Of a stretch of 64,000 nucleotides of DNA, positions 31,567-43,123 are shown in pieces; within the stretch, counting starts at the first letter, position 1, and each line of letters starts with the position of its first letter. This stretch comes from an uncultured Nitrospiraceae bacterium (lineage in GTDB: Bacteria; Nitrospirota; Thermodesulfovibrionia; Thermodesulfovibrionales; Dissulfurispiraceae). Under the pieces are notes generated by a model. It had not been told where the DNA came from and did no database searches. It saw only the letters and a list, made by a program, of their open reading frames with translations. A program made the translations under genes and the position numbers. The stretch is from positions 128,001 through 192,000 of the forward strand of contig CAVSHF010000003.1 in assembly GCA_963727805.1 (NCBI GenBank), written 5' to 3'.

Positions 31567-32166
31567 CTATCGGTGATTCTGCATACGTTTTAATTGCACA
31601 GAGGCGGTATTCATAGCCTGTTTTGTATCTGCGTCAACAGGGATAAAGGCGATTAGACTCTGCCACGTAGAAATGGCATCCTGAAGAAAACCACTTCTAT
31701 ATTCCTGGAGCCCCTTTTTAAACAATTGACTTCTGCACTCTTGAATCCTCTCCCGCAAATATTCTCTATTAAAGGGTAGTTGCTGGGGGATGTCTTTAAA
31801 GTATTTATAGTTGCGGAGAAGAACCGCGTAACTTTTTCCTGCAATGGAATAATCATTACTCGCAAAGGCCCTGTCGGCGGCATTTATTATGGTACGAATG
31901 GTCTTGACGTACTGATCGAGGAGACTCTTTTTTGTTTGGTGTTTATGGTAAGTGTTTCTGTAAAGATCTAACGCGTTCTGATAATCACCCTTGGCCATAA
32001 GTACAGTTGCTTCAGACTGTAAATGGCTCTCTTCTGTATTACTGAGATCGGCATCATTGCGACTCTGCTCAACATCAGCCTTCTTCTCATGCGTGCAAGA
32101 AAGAAGGAGAAGGAGAAGGATGACACTGCACACAAAGTTTACCTGTATGAAATGTCGTTTTACCAT
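31567..32166 (-). CDS. TPR-like lipoprotein
   Basis: Lipobox LLSC; helical TPR-like repeats (GDYQNAL, GLQEYRSG..AISTW). Confidence 0.75.
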   Translation of the reverse strand: MVKRHFIQVNFVCSVILLLLLLSCTHEKKADVEQSRNDADLSNTEESHLQSEATVLMAKGDYQNALDLYRNTYHKHQTKKSLLDQYVKTIRTIINAADRAFASNDYSIAGKSYAVLLRNYKYFKDIPQQLPFNREYLRERIQECRSQLFKKGLQEYRSGFLQDAISTWQSLIAFIPVDADTKQAMNTASVQLKRMQNHR

Positions 32167-33689
32167 GTTATGTGTGTCACCTGTTGTGACAATGAAGGGT
32201 AGTTGTTTTCCACAAGTGATATGAAGGTATCTATGAGGTGAGGATTGAACTGTCTCCCTGATGAATCGATCAACTCCTGCAGGGCCTCTCCTCGAGAACG
32301 AGCCTTCCTGTAGGGTCTTTCGGAAGTCATTGCATCATAGGCATCGGCAATCGAGATTATCGCTGCAAAAAGCGGTATCCCTTCTCCGATCAACCTGTCG
32401 GGGTAACCCTGTCCGTTGAACCATTCGTGATGGTGCCTGACAGGAGCCATGTATTTGTGAAGGGAAGGTGCTCTTGAGAGAATGTCAGTTCCATAGTCTG
32501 GATGCAACATTATCTCTGCGTATTCAGCGGCATTAAGCTTAGTGGTCTTTCTCAGGATGGCATCGGGGATCTTGATCTTGCCGACGTCATGGAGAAGGCA
32601 GGCTATTTCCAGATCTGCAAGCTCTTCTTTATTAAGTCCTATTTCTCTTGCAAGCCACAGTGATAACTGTGCAACACGCACGGAGTGACCGTGTGTATAT
32701 GGATCCCGAGCATCTATCGCCGCTGCAACTACCTTCACCATGGAGACATAAGACTCCTCAAGATCCCGTGCATATTCATTGAGCCTGTCGCGCTGTTGGC
32801 TGATCAAGCCAGTCATCTCATTGAAATTTTTGGTCAGGATTCCCAATTCATCCCTCGAATAGATTCTGAGAGGCTTGTTCTGATTTCCATTCTTGAATTT
32901 CTCTATCCCGGCAGAAAGCGCTTTAATCGGTCTGGTCATTGTTGATGACAACGCAATACAAGCAACAGTGCCACAGATTAAAATCATGCCGAACACAGCC
33001 AATATTCTGTTCCGGGCGGCTATCTGTGCAGTATCGAGCGAGGATCTGTTTATGCCCAGTACTACTAGGCCAAGTTGATGATTCATAAAATATATTGGGC
33101 AGGTCACCTCGAACAAAACCCCGGACGAGCCTTTCACCTCCCTGATTAACAATCCCTGGTCAATCGCCTTGATTATCTTACCTTCTGACTGCTCGATCTT
33201 TTTCCCTCCCATGTTAATATCACTGTGCACCACCGCCCTCATATTTGGGTCAAGAATCATTATATATTCAACATCACTGTTAGTACTCTTTGATTTATAA
33301 ACGATATTATCAAGTCCCAACAGATCATTGGACATAAGGCTGTATGCTCCGACAGCCGCAATGTTCCTGCTCAGCGACGAAGCTCGTTTCGTAATCTCAT
33401 CCAGCATGGATTCTTGCATGATTTCAACAGTTGCAACATAAGAAGCTGCCGTTGTCAACCCCAGAAGCGTAAGTACAAGAACACATACTTTCGATCGCAG
33501 AGATGTGAAGGACAATTTCATGCTGAAGTGCATTCTCTCTATATGTGCCCGCAGTAACAGAAGGCGTGGCAAAGTAATTGTCTTCAGGAATTTTAGGGCT
33601 ACAGTATTTGAGGCCATGTCGTTACCTAATCTCTTAAATATGCTTTCGTCAATCCATTTATTGCTATGAATCAGCCAAAGGCTACTCAT
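32160..33689 (-). CDS. Membrane sensor HAMP + HD-GYP phosphodiesterase (start uncertain, possibly 33521)
   Basis: Two TM segments, HAMP (DELGIL..FNEM), RDPYTHGHS, LLHDVGK, HHE..G.GYP, ADAYDAMTS.RPYR. Confidence 0.92.
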   Translation of the reverse strand: MSSLWLIHSNKWIDESIFKRLGNDMASNTVALKFLKTITLPRLLLLRAHIERMHFSMKLSFTSLRSKVCVLVLTLLGLTTAASYVATVEIMQESMLDEITKRASSLSRNIAAVGAYSLMSNDLLGLDNIVYKSKSTNSDVEYIMILDPNMRAVVHSDINMGGKKIEQSEGKIIKAIDQGLLIREVKGSSGVLFEVTCPIYFMNHQLGLVVLGINRSSLDTAQIAARNRILAVFGMILICGTVACIALSSTMTRPIKALSAGIEKFKNGNQNKPLRIYSRDELGILTKNFNEMTGLISQQRDRLNEYARDLEESYVSMVKVVAAAIDARDPYTHGHSVRVAQLSLWLAREIGLNKEELADLEIACLLHDVGKIKIPDAILRKTTKLNAAEYAEIMLHPDYGTDILSRAPSLHKYMAPVRHHHEWFNGQGYPDRLIGEGIPLFAAIISIADAYDAMTSERPYRKARSRGEALQELIDSSGRQFNPHLIDTFISLVENNYPSLSQQVTHITW

Positions 33690-33999
33690 CCTGTCCTAAG
33701 GAAGTTTTTATAAACTCGATACCTATTGAGTTATCTTTATCGTTTCGCCAGACGATTTTCCCGGAAGCTGAGGGATCAACCACATGAATTATTGATCCGA
33801 CTCCCAGTTTGATTTTGCACGATAATTTCATTCCTGATTCTGATGCATCAATTATTACAGCACCGAATTTGCGTTTGCAAAAGACAAACTCCATTGCTGC
33901 ACAAGCATGGATGGGAGCCTCCTTGCGCCTGCCCATGAATGCAACGATACTTGTCCTTGTTTTCCGAGTATGATAAGCGCTAAAGGAATTTTGAAACAT
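33682..33999 (-). CDS. PilZ-like domain protein (degenerate RxxxR motif)
   Basis: RRKEAP...DASESG...KIVWR...IGIEF. Confidence 0.7.
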   Translation of the reverse strand: MFQNSFSAYHTRKTRTSIVAFMGRRKEAPIHACAAMEFVFCKRKFGAVIIDASESGMKLSCKIKLGVGSIIHVVDPSASGKIVWRNDKDNSIGIEFIKTSLGQDE

Positions 34000-34191
34000 G
34001 ATGCCTCTCTGTTTTTTATAAACTTTTATTCCTTAACTGCAGAGAATGATTACTGAGCCATAAATGCGATCAGCAGAAGAGATAAAAAATTCATCTTAAT
34101 CGCAAATCTATGACGTCTCTATACTTAAATTATAGTTGAACTTGATCTCATAATTATGGCTCCCACAGCGTAAAAACAGGAATTTACTGCT

Positions 34192-34211
34192 TTGGTGATA
34201 ATGATCACAAA
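34192..34211. promoter_or_regulatory. CRP/Rex-like palindromic operator
   Basis: TTGGTGA-taatga-TCACAAA upstream of the PilZ/HD-GYP operon; similar site at 52938. Confidence 0.4.
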
Positions 34212-34970
34212 AAGTGTGGATGGCATTAAATTACGTTTTAGCGATTAATTTTGGAGATTATCATTTCTGCGGTAATCGCGGGAAGAAGGATTTTCAGGTT
34301 GTGATCCACAGAAGGTGAACGGAGATGATTTTGAGGACGCAGGTGTTATCATCTTCAATCAATGAAAATGCTGTTTCGCTCTTTCCTGCTCAGCAGTCGA
34401 TGCAGGTTTCTTCCGGAATTTCACGCAGGAGCAAAGGAAGTCCTAAAAACATTCGACGGAAGGCCGAATGCCCGATTTCGGGGAGATTCGTAAAGTTACG
34501 GAACAAAATCTTTAATAATGAAGAAATGAGGCCGGTGTCATGTACTGTGAGGATCTGATACTGCGATGAACACCTCCTTCAATTGCAGGAGTGAGGATTT
34601 CAAAGGAAATCTGTCGGTAGCAGATAAGTCTGCGAGATGTGTTGTCTTTCTTGACATCCCGATTCAGACTGGATCCCTCGCCGATATAATTGGACCCATC
34701 TTAAATAGCCAGATTTTGGCTTTGTAGGATGAATGACACCAGTCTATACGCTGTGCGGCATACGTTCTACGAATTTCGGATCATCGCGGCCACTGATTTC
34801 GGAATGATCGCGATCATTTTTTATTTAAGCAATTCCCTCAGGTGGAGGTGTGGCTTTAAATGCGACGGTGGCCGGGATGGAAATCTATCTTTGCCGTGCA
34901 GCGCTTGTTATAAGATAGCAATAGTCCACGTCACTAAATAGTGGATGCCTATGTTGCCCTCAATCAGATA

Positions 34971-35942
34971 TTACGGGTTCCAAAGATACATGAACTGAAC
35001 ACCCGAAAAAAGCAGCAGTCCATCGGCATTTATCGAAATCAGATTTACGGTTGAGCCGGGCGACTCAGCCTGATATCCGGAATAGATATTAGACTTGTAT
35101 GTCTTGGGTCTGATATAGGTGGCAATTCTGGCCTGCTCGATATGCAAAGAAATTTTCATGGCATCGACCGCTTCGTCCAGATAAGCTACCTGATCGATAA
35201 GATTTGCCTGAAGAGCATCCTGTGCCGTAAGTATGCGTCCATCAGCCAATATCTTTATCTGAGGCATGGTGAGATACCTCTGCCTGTTTGAATGGACCAC
35301 GTCCACGAATTGGGCATAGAACTGGTCAATTATATCCTGTAGCATCTTCTGCTCTTCTGGCGTGCTCGCGCGGAAAGGAGACCAGAAATCTTTTTTTGGG
35401 GCCGATTTGTATGTCTCCTCCGATACTCCTATCTTTGATAGAAGGTCCCCTACGTTAGTCTTCATTGCCACAACGCCTATACTTCCGATGACGGAAGAAC
35501 GGCTTGCAATAATCCGGTCGGCAGAGGCCGCTACGTAAAAGGCTCCCGACGCACCGACCTCCATTACATAAGCATAAACAGGCACCCTTTTTTTCTGCCT
35601 GAAGCTCATGACCTCATGGTAGATGGCGTCGCTGGCGGCAACAGTCCCTCCCGGAGAATTAATCCTGATTATCACGCCTACTACATCTGGGTCCTCAACG
35701 GCCTTGTGCAACGCTTCTCTGAAAAAGGCGACCTTCGACGACCTCTTTAGAATAAGACCTTCTTTCTCCTCCTTGAAGGAGATTATGCCATCGAGATCGA
35801 TCAGCAGTATTTTGGGATTGCCCGTGCCTTCGAGAATCTGCTCTTCAAGCGGCTTCGCCTCGGGCAGGAGGGATACATTCAAGCCGGTGCAGCCCGAAAG
35901 GATCAGTATCGCGAGGATAAACAAAAGCATGATTTTATTCAT
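34971..35942 (-). CDS. sppA: Signal peptide peptidase SppA (lipoprotein form)
   Basis: RINSPGG, GASGAFYVA, GSIGV, KKD, DGRI; lipobox LSGC; start 35942 after GGAGG. Confidence 0.92.
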   Translation of the reverse strand: MNKIMLLFILAILILSGCTGLNVSLLPEAKPLEEQILEGTGNPKILLIDLDGIISFKEEKEGLILKRSSKVAFFREALHKAVEDPDVVGVIIRINSPGGTVAASDAIYHEVMSFRQKKRVPVYAYVMEVGASGAFYVAASADRIIASRSSVIGSIGVVAMKTNVGDLLSKIGVSEETYKSAPKKDFWSPFRASTPEEQKMLQDIIDQFYAQFVDVVHSNRQRYLTMPQIKILADGRILTAQDALQANLIDQVAYLDEAVDAMKISLHIEQARIATYIRPKTYKSNIYSGYQAESPGSTVNLISINADGLLLFSGVQFMYLWNP

Positions 35943-36045
35943 ATCGACCTCCTGGCAGCGATGCATACTATGCCTCTGCTCAAATTATATCAACGAAAGG
36001 CATTATTCACGATTCAGTAAAGTGGGGCTTGCTCCTATAGTAAGA

Positions 36046-36290
36046 ATGCGCAGGTCATATGCGAGCATTAACTTTATGACCGCGCATGACGGATGAGTTG
36101 GAATTGCAGCGCTGAGGGCCAACAGACAACCCTAAACTCATCAAACTACGCGAACGCCAGAAGCGCAATTTTATTGCGAACCTCTTTATCTCTCAGTGGG
36201 TGGCCATGCTGCTGCGGGAGATGAGTCGGAACGGTCCCAGCAAGGCAACAACACATATTGCTAGGATAAGGAAATATTGTTGAGCTGGCT
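36046..36290 (+). pseudogene. Degenerate internal fragment of a second glgX
   Basis: RRSYASINFMTAHDG, then SWNCSAEG.TDNPKLIKLRERQKRNFIANLFISQ..MLL.GDE..SQQGNN.YC*D, with frameshifts and an internal deletion. Confidence 0.75.
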
Positions 36291-36533
36291 CATGAGGGAA
36301 ATATAAGTCAGTGCTATATTCAGTTTATTAGCCTTGCCCCTCCCGTGCAATTAATAAACTTCGCATTCCTGATGCTAGGTATAGGTGGAGATACTTATTA
36401 TGCACTTCTCATGCTTATCCAAAAAACATTCTGGGCGATCTATCAGCAGTCTACAATGCTTATGTATGCGCAGACGTAGCCAACTTGAGACTAAGAATTC
36501 ATAATAATTTCAAGTAAAATGTATAAAACAGTA

Positions 36534-36743
36534 CTATTCTTTCACCGGCAAAACGTGAATTGCCTTGATGATAAGCTGCACCTGATCGCCTTTTTTCATC
36601 TTCAGGGCTTCAAGCGATTCTGTTGTGAGTACTGATGCCATTTCGGCGGGTATTGTCACATCAAACTTCACCAGGGACATGATATCGCCCTTCTTGACCG
36701 ACTTAACCTTTGCCGATAGGGTATTCCTTGCTCCGTACTTCAT
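36534..36743 (-). CDS. TOBE/molbindin (Mop-like) molybdate-binding protein
   Basis: MKYGARN.L...V..VKKG.IM..V...SVLTTES...L....GD.V..IIKA; RBS AAGGAGG. Confidence 0.9.
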   Translation of the reverse strand: MKYGARNTLSAKVKSVKKGDIMSLVKFDVTIPAEMASVLTTESLEALKMKKGDQVQLIIKAIHVLPVKE

Positions 36744-36907
36744 AGCAACCTCCTTGTGAAGAGTATCATGCATATTAGCATATTGGTCCATGTCTGAGTA
36801 AAATCTAATGGATCGGATAAAGAAATCGCTGAAAGCGTGATCATAGTATTATTAAGATAAACGAATGTAATTTATTTTATAAACATTATTCAATAATTCA
36901 TTATTGT

Positions 36908-39055
36908 CTAAGGGAAAGAAAGCAGCAAATCAATCGCTTCACTGTCAGATTCCAGGGTTACGTAACCGTTCTTTGTCGTGGATCGCACTTCACAGGGAAC
37001 TGCTTTGAAACTTGGATATCCTGATATTGGATCCTTTAATTCCGGCGGGATGATTGAATTGACATGAGCCGCAGGCCATGCGCCGACCTGGTGGCTTCCC
37101 CCGCCACCCGACGGCGCATGAACTGTGCCTTCGCAGATATCAGAAGTTAATTTGGCCGTTAGCGATATACTGCCGTATTCCGTCATGAGTATTACAACAT
37201 CTCCGCACTCAATCCCTCTTTTTGTGGCATCAGAAGTGTTTATTTCGAGAACCAGATCGTTCTCTTCTGCAAGTTCCGGGCGGTCCAGATATTGTGAATT
37301 GAACCTCGATTTCGCGCGCGCGCCAGTAGTCAGCATTAATTGCATGCCATCGCAATCGTCACACTGATAGGGATGAACATACACCGGCAAAGGATCGTAA
37401 CCGTATCGCTTCAGCAAAGTAGATTCAAATTCGAATTTGCCCGATGGTGTCGGAAACCCTGGCTTGCCATCTGTTCGAAGGTTCCCAGATTTGTGTTTTC
37501 CGAACCTACTTTGAGGAAGACGCAAATCGACGGCGTGGTTTTCATATAATCTCTTCAAATACTCGGAATTCACACCGAAGGCCTTTCCCCTGCATTCCCT
37601 TCCGGACTTCGGGAACATATCGCCGTAACCGAGCCTGTCGGCAATATCAGCCAGAATTGCGGAATCACTCCTCGCCTCACCGACTGGATTTATTACTTTG
37701 TGGCGGAGACGGACATGTTTCCGATATGTCTGATATGAATTAATCTCATAATATGTTGCGGCCGGCAGGATGACGTCGGCCCATTTCGATTCAGCAGTCA
37801 TGAATCTGTCAATAACTACCATGAAGTCGAGCTTTTCGTACACACGCTGCCATGTGTCCGGATCTGTATGAGAGAGAAACGGTGAGCCTCCAATCAGGAG
37901 GAAACTACGCACTGGGTATGGATCATCATAAAGTACTGCAGCAGCCAAACCTGAAATATGTGCCTTACCTGTCAGGGCATAAAAGAGAGGATGGTCACTT
38001 GCTCCGAGAGCTGGGCTTTCAGCGTCTACTATATTTTCACGAATAGTATGATGAGGATATTCATTTATGGAAAGGCCTCCTTCCGAATCTATGCTTCCAA
38101 GAAGCGCCATTAGTGAGTAAATCGCCCGACCTGTCTGAGTGCCGCTCGGCGCGTATTCAATGCCGCTATAAAAATCTACCGTGACACGGGCAGACCTAAC
38201 GATCATGGTTGCAAGTTCGGTGATGACAGCTGCGTCGATGCCGCATATGGCACCGGCTACCTCCGGACTGAAGGTTGCTGCATATTCCCGAAGCGGTTCA
38301 AATCCGCTTGTCCACTGGGACACGAACTCTTTATCGTACCAATTCCCGGTGATGATAAAATTTATCAGTGCCAGCGTGAGTGCGCCATCAGTACCCGGAC
38401 GTACGGGAATCCATAGATCCGCATTTTTAGCCAAACTGTTGCGTCTCGGATCGATTACAACAAGACGGGCACCACGCGCCATCGCTGACTTAATACGTCG
38501 TTTCTTATCGGGAAGCCCGTCTTTAAGCGGGTTGGTTCCCCAGATAATAATAACATCGGCATTGTCGATATCTGGGCTGATATGAGACCCATGAATACCC
38601 AAAGTTGTGACCGGTGCGAGTATGCGGGATGAGACATAACATAACGACCCACAATCCATATCGTTAGGGGAGCCGAATGGGGCAAGCATCTTTCCGTAAA
38701 AGTCAGTCACAGAATCTTCCAGTGTTCCGGCGCCCATATAACTTGCTACAGCCCTGGCTCCATGAATATCTTTGATGTTTATTAGATTTTTGGCTATTTT
38801 GTGGAGGGCCTCATCCCACGTTGCCCGTCTGAATGCTGCGGTGCCTTTAGGTCCGGTGCGAATCAGGGGTGTCTTTATGCGGTCGGGAGAATAGATTATC
38901 TGCGGAGCAAGCATACCTCGCTTGCAGAGATTGCCGTATGAAGGGTTGGCATCCGGCTTGACCGATATGAGCTTCCCGTCTGAAACTGAAACACAGACCC
39001 AGCACCCTTCGGGGCACAGTCCGCAGATCGCTGGCCATTGCCGAATTTCCTTCAT
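36908..39055 (-). CDS. Molybdopterin (bis-MGD) oxidoreductase catalytic subunit, cytoplasmic
   Basis: CGLCPEGC...LCKRG Fe-S motif, DR.KTPL.R, WGTNP, VIDPR, ADVILPA, C-terminal MGD-binding domain; no Tat signal. Confidence 0.9.
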   Translation of the reverse strand: MKEIRQWPAICGLCPEGCWVCVSVSDGKLISVKPDANPSYGNLCKRGMLAPQIIYSPDRIKTPLIRTGPKGTAAFRRATWDEALHKIAKNLINIKDIHGARAVASYMGAGTLEDSVTDFYGKMLAPFGSPNDMDCGSLCYVSSRILAPVTTLGIHGSHISPDIDNADVIIIWGTNPLKDGLPDKKRRIKSAMARGARLVVIDPRRNSLAKNADLWIPVRPGTDGALTLALINFIITGNWYDKEFVSQWTSGFEPLREYAATFSPEVAGAICGIDAAVITELATMIVRSARVTVDFYSGIEYAPSGTQTGRAIYSLMALLGSIDSEGGLSINEYPHHTIRENIVDAESPALGASDHPLFYALTGKAHISGLAAAVLYDDPYPVRSFLLIGGSPFLSHTDPDTWQRVYEKLDFMVVIDRFMTAESKWADVILPAATYYEINSYQTYRKHVRLRHKVINPVGEARSDSAILADIADRLGYGDMFPKSGRECRGKAFGVNSEYLKRLYENHAVDLRLPQSRFGKHKSGNLRTDGKPGFPTPSGKFEFESTLLKRYGYDPLPVYVHPYQCDDCDGMQLMLTTGARAKSRFNSQYLDRPELAEENDLVLEINTSDATKRGIECGDVVILMTEYGSISLTAKLTSDICEGTVHAPSGGGGSHQVGAWPAAHVNSIIPPELKDPISGYPSFKAVPCEVRSTTKNGYVTLESDSEAIDLLLSFP

Positions 39056-39343
39056 AAGTCCACAACAGCCAAGCTGATTGATACTGTGTCAGGTATAACT
39101 GGACGGAAAAGAACTGTCATGGATAATGTCTCAGGATCGAAATGTCTGCTTTGCAATGCGCACATAGACCTAACTTTAAGATACATTGCTACTATATATC
39201 AAATAGTATTTGTCTATATAATTACGGCGATTAATAGGATATTAGATAGTGAAATTTGCTAATGATATGACGAAAATGACGCGCACTTCACATGGTTATC
39301 CAAAAAATGATCCTGTGCGAATTAAAGTGAAGTGAATGGGCGG

Positions 39344-39928
39344 TTACTTCGGCACGCTCTTTTGGGAGAGCTTCCCTCCCGTCCGCAGGTCTTTTCCGTA
39401 CAGCATAATATAATGGACATTGGGCCCGGTCAGACCGTCGGAGGAATTGATGTAAATCTTCTCTAAAACGGCAGGCCGGCCATTGATGGTGACCTCAGCA
39501 CGGATGGCATTCCCCGCTTTTCTTACGATGATGTGCTCCTTAGGAGCGGCCATCAAGGTCATTTTATAACCGTTTACTGACAGGTCAGGCTTAATGTCAA
39601 AGCCGTAGCCCTTCTCTTTCTCCATCCAGTTGAGTGCCTCTCTGCGACCATCTTCAGCGAGCATGATCCAGTAAGCGCTCACCGGTTCCTTGGGGTCCAG
39701 CTTGCCATCGGAGGTGAGCCGGGCGTCGTAATGCACGACGTTGGCATTCTTGCTATGTTCGATAGTGAACAGTGACTGAGTTTTATCCCGGGCCTCGGTC
39801 TGTGCAGTAGCCTTCTTAGAGGCCTCAGCGGAAGCTGGTTTCCTTTCCTCGGGCGTTGCCCAGCTAACAAAGGAAAATGAGACGATCAGCAATGCGGGAA
39901 CGACTAACCAACCTATTGTTTTTTTCAT
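39344..39928 (-). CDS. Secreted DUF4833-like protein
   Basis: Signal peptide; LFTIEHSKNANVVHYD, PVSAYWIM, LNWMEK..YG, V.YI.LYG. Confidence 0.75.
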   Translation of the reverse strand: MKKTIGWLVVPALLIVSFSFVSWATPEERKPASAEASKKATAQTEARDKTQSLFTIEHSKNANVVHYDARLTSDGKLDPKEPVSAYWIMLAEDGRREALNWMEKEKGYGFDIKPDLSVNGYKMTLMAAPKEHIIVRKAGNAIRAEVTINGRPAVLEKIYINSSDGLTGPNVHYIMLYGKDLRTGGKLSQKSVPK

Positions 39929-40415
39929 GGGACCTCCTTCCTGGATGAGGGTTTAACCACAAACCACTTTGTCGAGGTGATCTTTATTGTTCTCCTGTTG
40001 GACTGCACACTGCTGCAAATGGTTGTGGATGACTCAGCCTTTGAAATAACGGTGGCGATAGCCAGATTGATCCCGGCGTATACCTGGCAACTAAGCAGAG
40101 TCCGTTTCGATAGGCTTATGCCAAAAAAACGTTTTGTCATAGCGCCGAATGAATAGGCATGTCTGTTCAGTCGGGCGAACCTTTTAAGGAGCTTGTTACC
40201 AAAGTCATGCCCCTGAGTTAATGGGAAGTGTATCACATTTGCGTAAGTATAATTCTATTTTACAATACTTCAAAAGGCGCTGGGATAGTAAGGGGAGTGG
40301 TGATTTGCAATGAAACCAAACATTCCCAAGAAGACACAATGGCCCGCTGCCAATTCTTATGCAGAGTATAAATGAAATTCGTTAATTTATTCCCTTTATC
40401 CTTCTGTGCGGTGTT

Positions 40416-41845
40416 TATCTTAAGGTTCTTCTTGAGAATGATGAGATAAGGGAAAGCCTCTCCAACCGATTTCGGTTCATCATGGTTGACGAATACCAGG
40501 ATACAAATTCAATTCAGGGTGACATCGCATATCAACTGGCCCGGAATCACGGCAATATTGTGGTGGTCGGTGACGATGCCCAGAGTATATACGGCTTTAG
40601 AGGGGCTACTCATCAAAACATCATGGCGTTTCCCGATAAGTTCGAGGGGTGTCGGATAATCAAGCTCGAAGAAAACTATCGCAGCGCCCAGACTATCCTC
40701 GATGTCGCCAATACCGTACTTGAAAACATGAAACACAAGTACTCAAAATGCCTCGTATCCATCAGGAAGAAACAGGGGCATAAACCACAGCTTCTCTTCC
40801 TCCGCGATTCCCATGAAGAGGCCGAATGGGTCGCCGACAGAATAAAGAAACAGATGGACCAAGGGATTTCCCTCGGTCATCAGTGCATCCTTTTCAGGTC
40901 GATGTACCTCTCGATTGCGGTCCAGTCTGAGCTGAGCGAGAGAAACATTCCTTACGAAACCTATGGAGGGCTCAAGTTTTACGAAACTGCTCATGTCAAA
41001 GACCTGATGGCCCACCTCAAAGTGATATCAAACCCCAAGGATGAACTATCATGGAATAGGGCGCTGATACTTATCGAAAGAATAGGGGCCAAGACGGCTG
41101 ACTCTCTTACCGATGAAATAGTCAAGTATGCGTCTCTTCCGGAAATAATAGGGCATGTCCTCTCAAAGCATGTCAGGAAGCAGAGCCACGGAGAAGGGCT
41201 ATCAAAACTGAGGGCAGCACTGGACATTATAGATTAGGAGAAAGAGGATGTTGGCGACAAATTCGAAGTCATTATGGATTACTACAGACCGATATTGAAG
41301 GACAGATTCGACGACTGGCACTTGGGGCTAAACGACCTTGAGGCATTAAGGCAGATAGCAGCTAGATACAATTCGTTGGAAGAATTGCTTGAGGATTTCG
41401 GCATAGAACCTCCGGAGAGAGGGGTCTGGCGGATCGAACCTGAGACAAAAGAAGAGGGGATGCCTCTCGTGCTCTCTACGATCCACTCTGCAAAGGGTCT
41501 CGAATGGGACTGCGTATTCCTGATGGGGCTCATTGACCGCGTTCTTCCAGGACTTTTTCCCTTGACGACGAGGAATCGATTGAGGAGGAGCAGCGACTGT
41601 TCTATGTCGCTATAACCAGAGCAAAGAACAGGCTCTTTCTGACCTTGCATCATGAAGGGAAAAGGGGGGAATTACCCAGTTCAATAAGATGTCGCGGTTC
41701 GTCGACACTCCAGGACTTTTGTCGCTGCTTGAAACAAAGAATGCCTCAAATACAAAGTCTCGCGAGAAGCGGAGGTAAGTGTCGTGATGGCAAAAATCTA
41801 CGACAAAAAAACCTTCTGCACAAGATCATGGATAATTACAAATGA
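40416..41845 (+). pseudogene. UvrD/PcrA-family helicase, N-terminally truncated and disrupted
   Basis: VDEYQD, VGDDAQSIYGFRGA, LEENYRS, STIHSAKGLEW and (other frame) EEEQRLFYVAITRAK; no Walker A; in-frame TAG 41235-41237; frameshifts near 41550 and 41665. Confidence 0.88.
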
Positions 41846-41947
41846 TGAACATTAAGGCAAGTCTCTTTCGTAGACTTTTGACATACTCCCCGCCCTAAAG
41901 AGACGGGGATTCTGGGTATCGACAGCCACAGCCTGCCGAAGCAGGTC

Positions 41948-43098
41948 TTACGCAGCCTCCTCCCTGAGGCGATGTCCCGCCTCATACTTCCCTGCCGCAA
42001 AGAGTCGCAACCCTTCACGGTGAATATTTACTGATGCATTGGCATCACGGTCATGCTGAATCCCGCATGAAGGACATATCCATTGCCGATCCTTTAACCC
42101 CAGCCCTTCATGAATGTGTCCGCAGTGTGAGTAGATCTTGGAGCTCGGGTAGTACCTGCCTACCTCCACTATGGCACATCCGTACTTCAGGCCCTGCCAC
42201 TTGAGTATCGTGACGAAATCACCCCAGGCAAGGTCTGAGACCTTGCGTCCCCACAGGGCCTTCATCCCCTGCAGACTCAAATCCTCGATACAGAGCACAT
42301 CGTAAGTCTTGGCAAGCTTGGCAGCAGTCTGGACTGCCAATCCCTCCGCATGCTTGCAATTCTGCGGTACAGCCTGGCTAGAGCAAGTCTCGCTCGTCTC
42401 CGACCGTTACTGCCTTTCTTTTTCCTGCTGACATTGCCACAGGACTTCCTGAGTTGTTTGATCTGCTTCATTAGCGGGTGGGGAGCTGAGATCGTAGTCT
42501 TGTCTGAAAGGGTCACAAACGTTGTAAGCCCAAAGTCCAGACCTGCGGTGTTACCCGTCACAGTCTGCCTGGCAACGATTGCTTCGTTCAGAACTGAAAA
42601 TACTATCCAGTAATCCCCAACTGCGTCACGGACGATTGAGACAGTCTTAATCTGGCCTTCCATCGGACGTGAGTTGTGGAATTTGTACGAACAGCGCCCT
42701 ATCTGAATATGGTTGTCATCGAGCAGCTTCCATCCAGCTTGTTTGAGGGTGAAGGATTTGTACTTGACCCTCTTTTTGAACTTGGGCGGAGCGACTCTGC
42801 GGCCAATACGAGTCTTGCACCATGAGAAAAATCGCTGGTAACTCCTGTCGATTCTCTCGATCACGTCCTGCACTGACTGGGAACCAAGCAATTGCCACTC
42901 TGGTCTTACATGCTTTCTCATCAACGCAATCCGATGCTTCAGACGTGACGCAGACAGGTGTTTGCCGAACATCCGGAAGTCCCGACGGTGCAGGGCTATG
43001 CAGTGATTCCATATCTGGCAGGCAACGATGCGTTGCCGGTCCAGACGCTTGTTTCTGTCAGCTGCGTAGAGCTTGTATCTGTAGGCTTGACGCATCAT
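41948..43098 (-). pseudogene. tnpB: TnpB RNA-guided endonuclease, frameshifted
   Basis: HTH N-terminus (AYRYKLY), RuvC-I GLDFG, RuvC-II IEDL, RuvC-III DRDANA; single-base frameshift at about 42332-42336; first Zn-finger Cys appears as Tyr (SSKIYSHCG). Confidence 0.9.
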
Positions 43099-43123
43099 TA
43101 CCTCCTATAGTATCATTTGGTCT

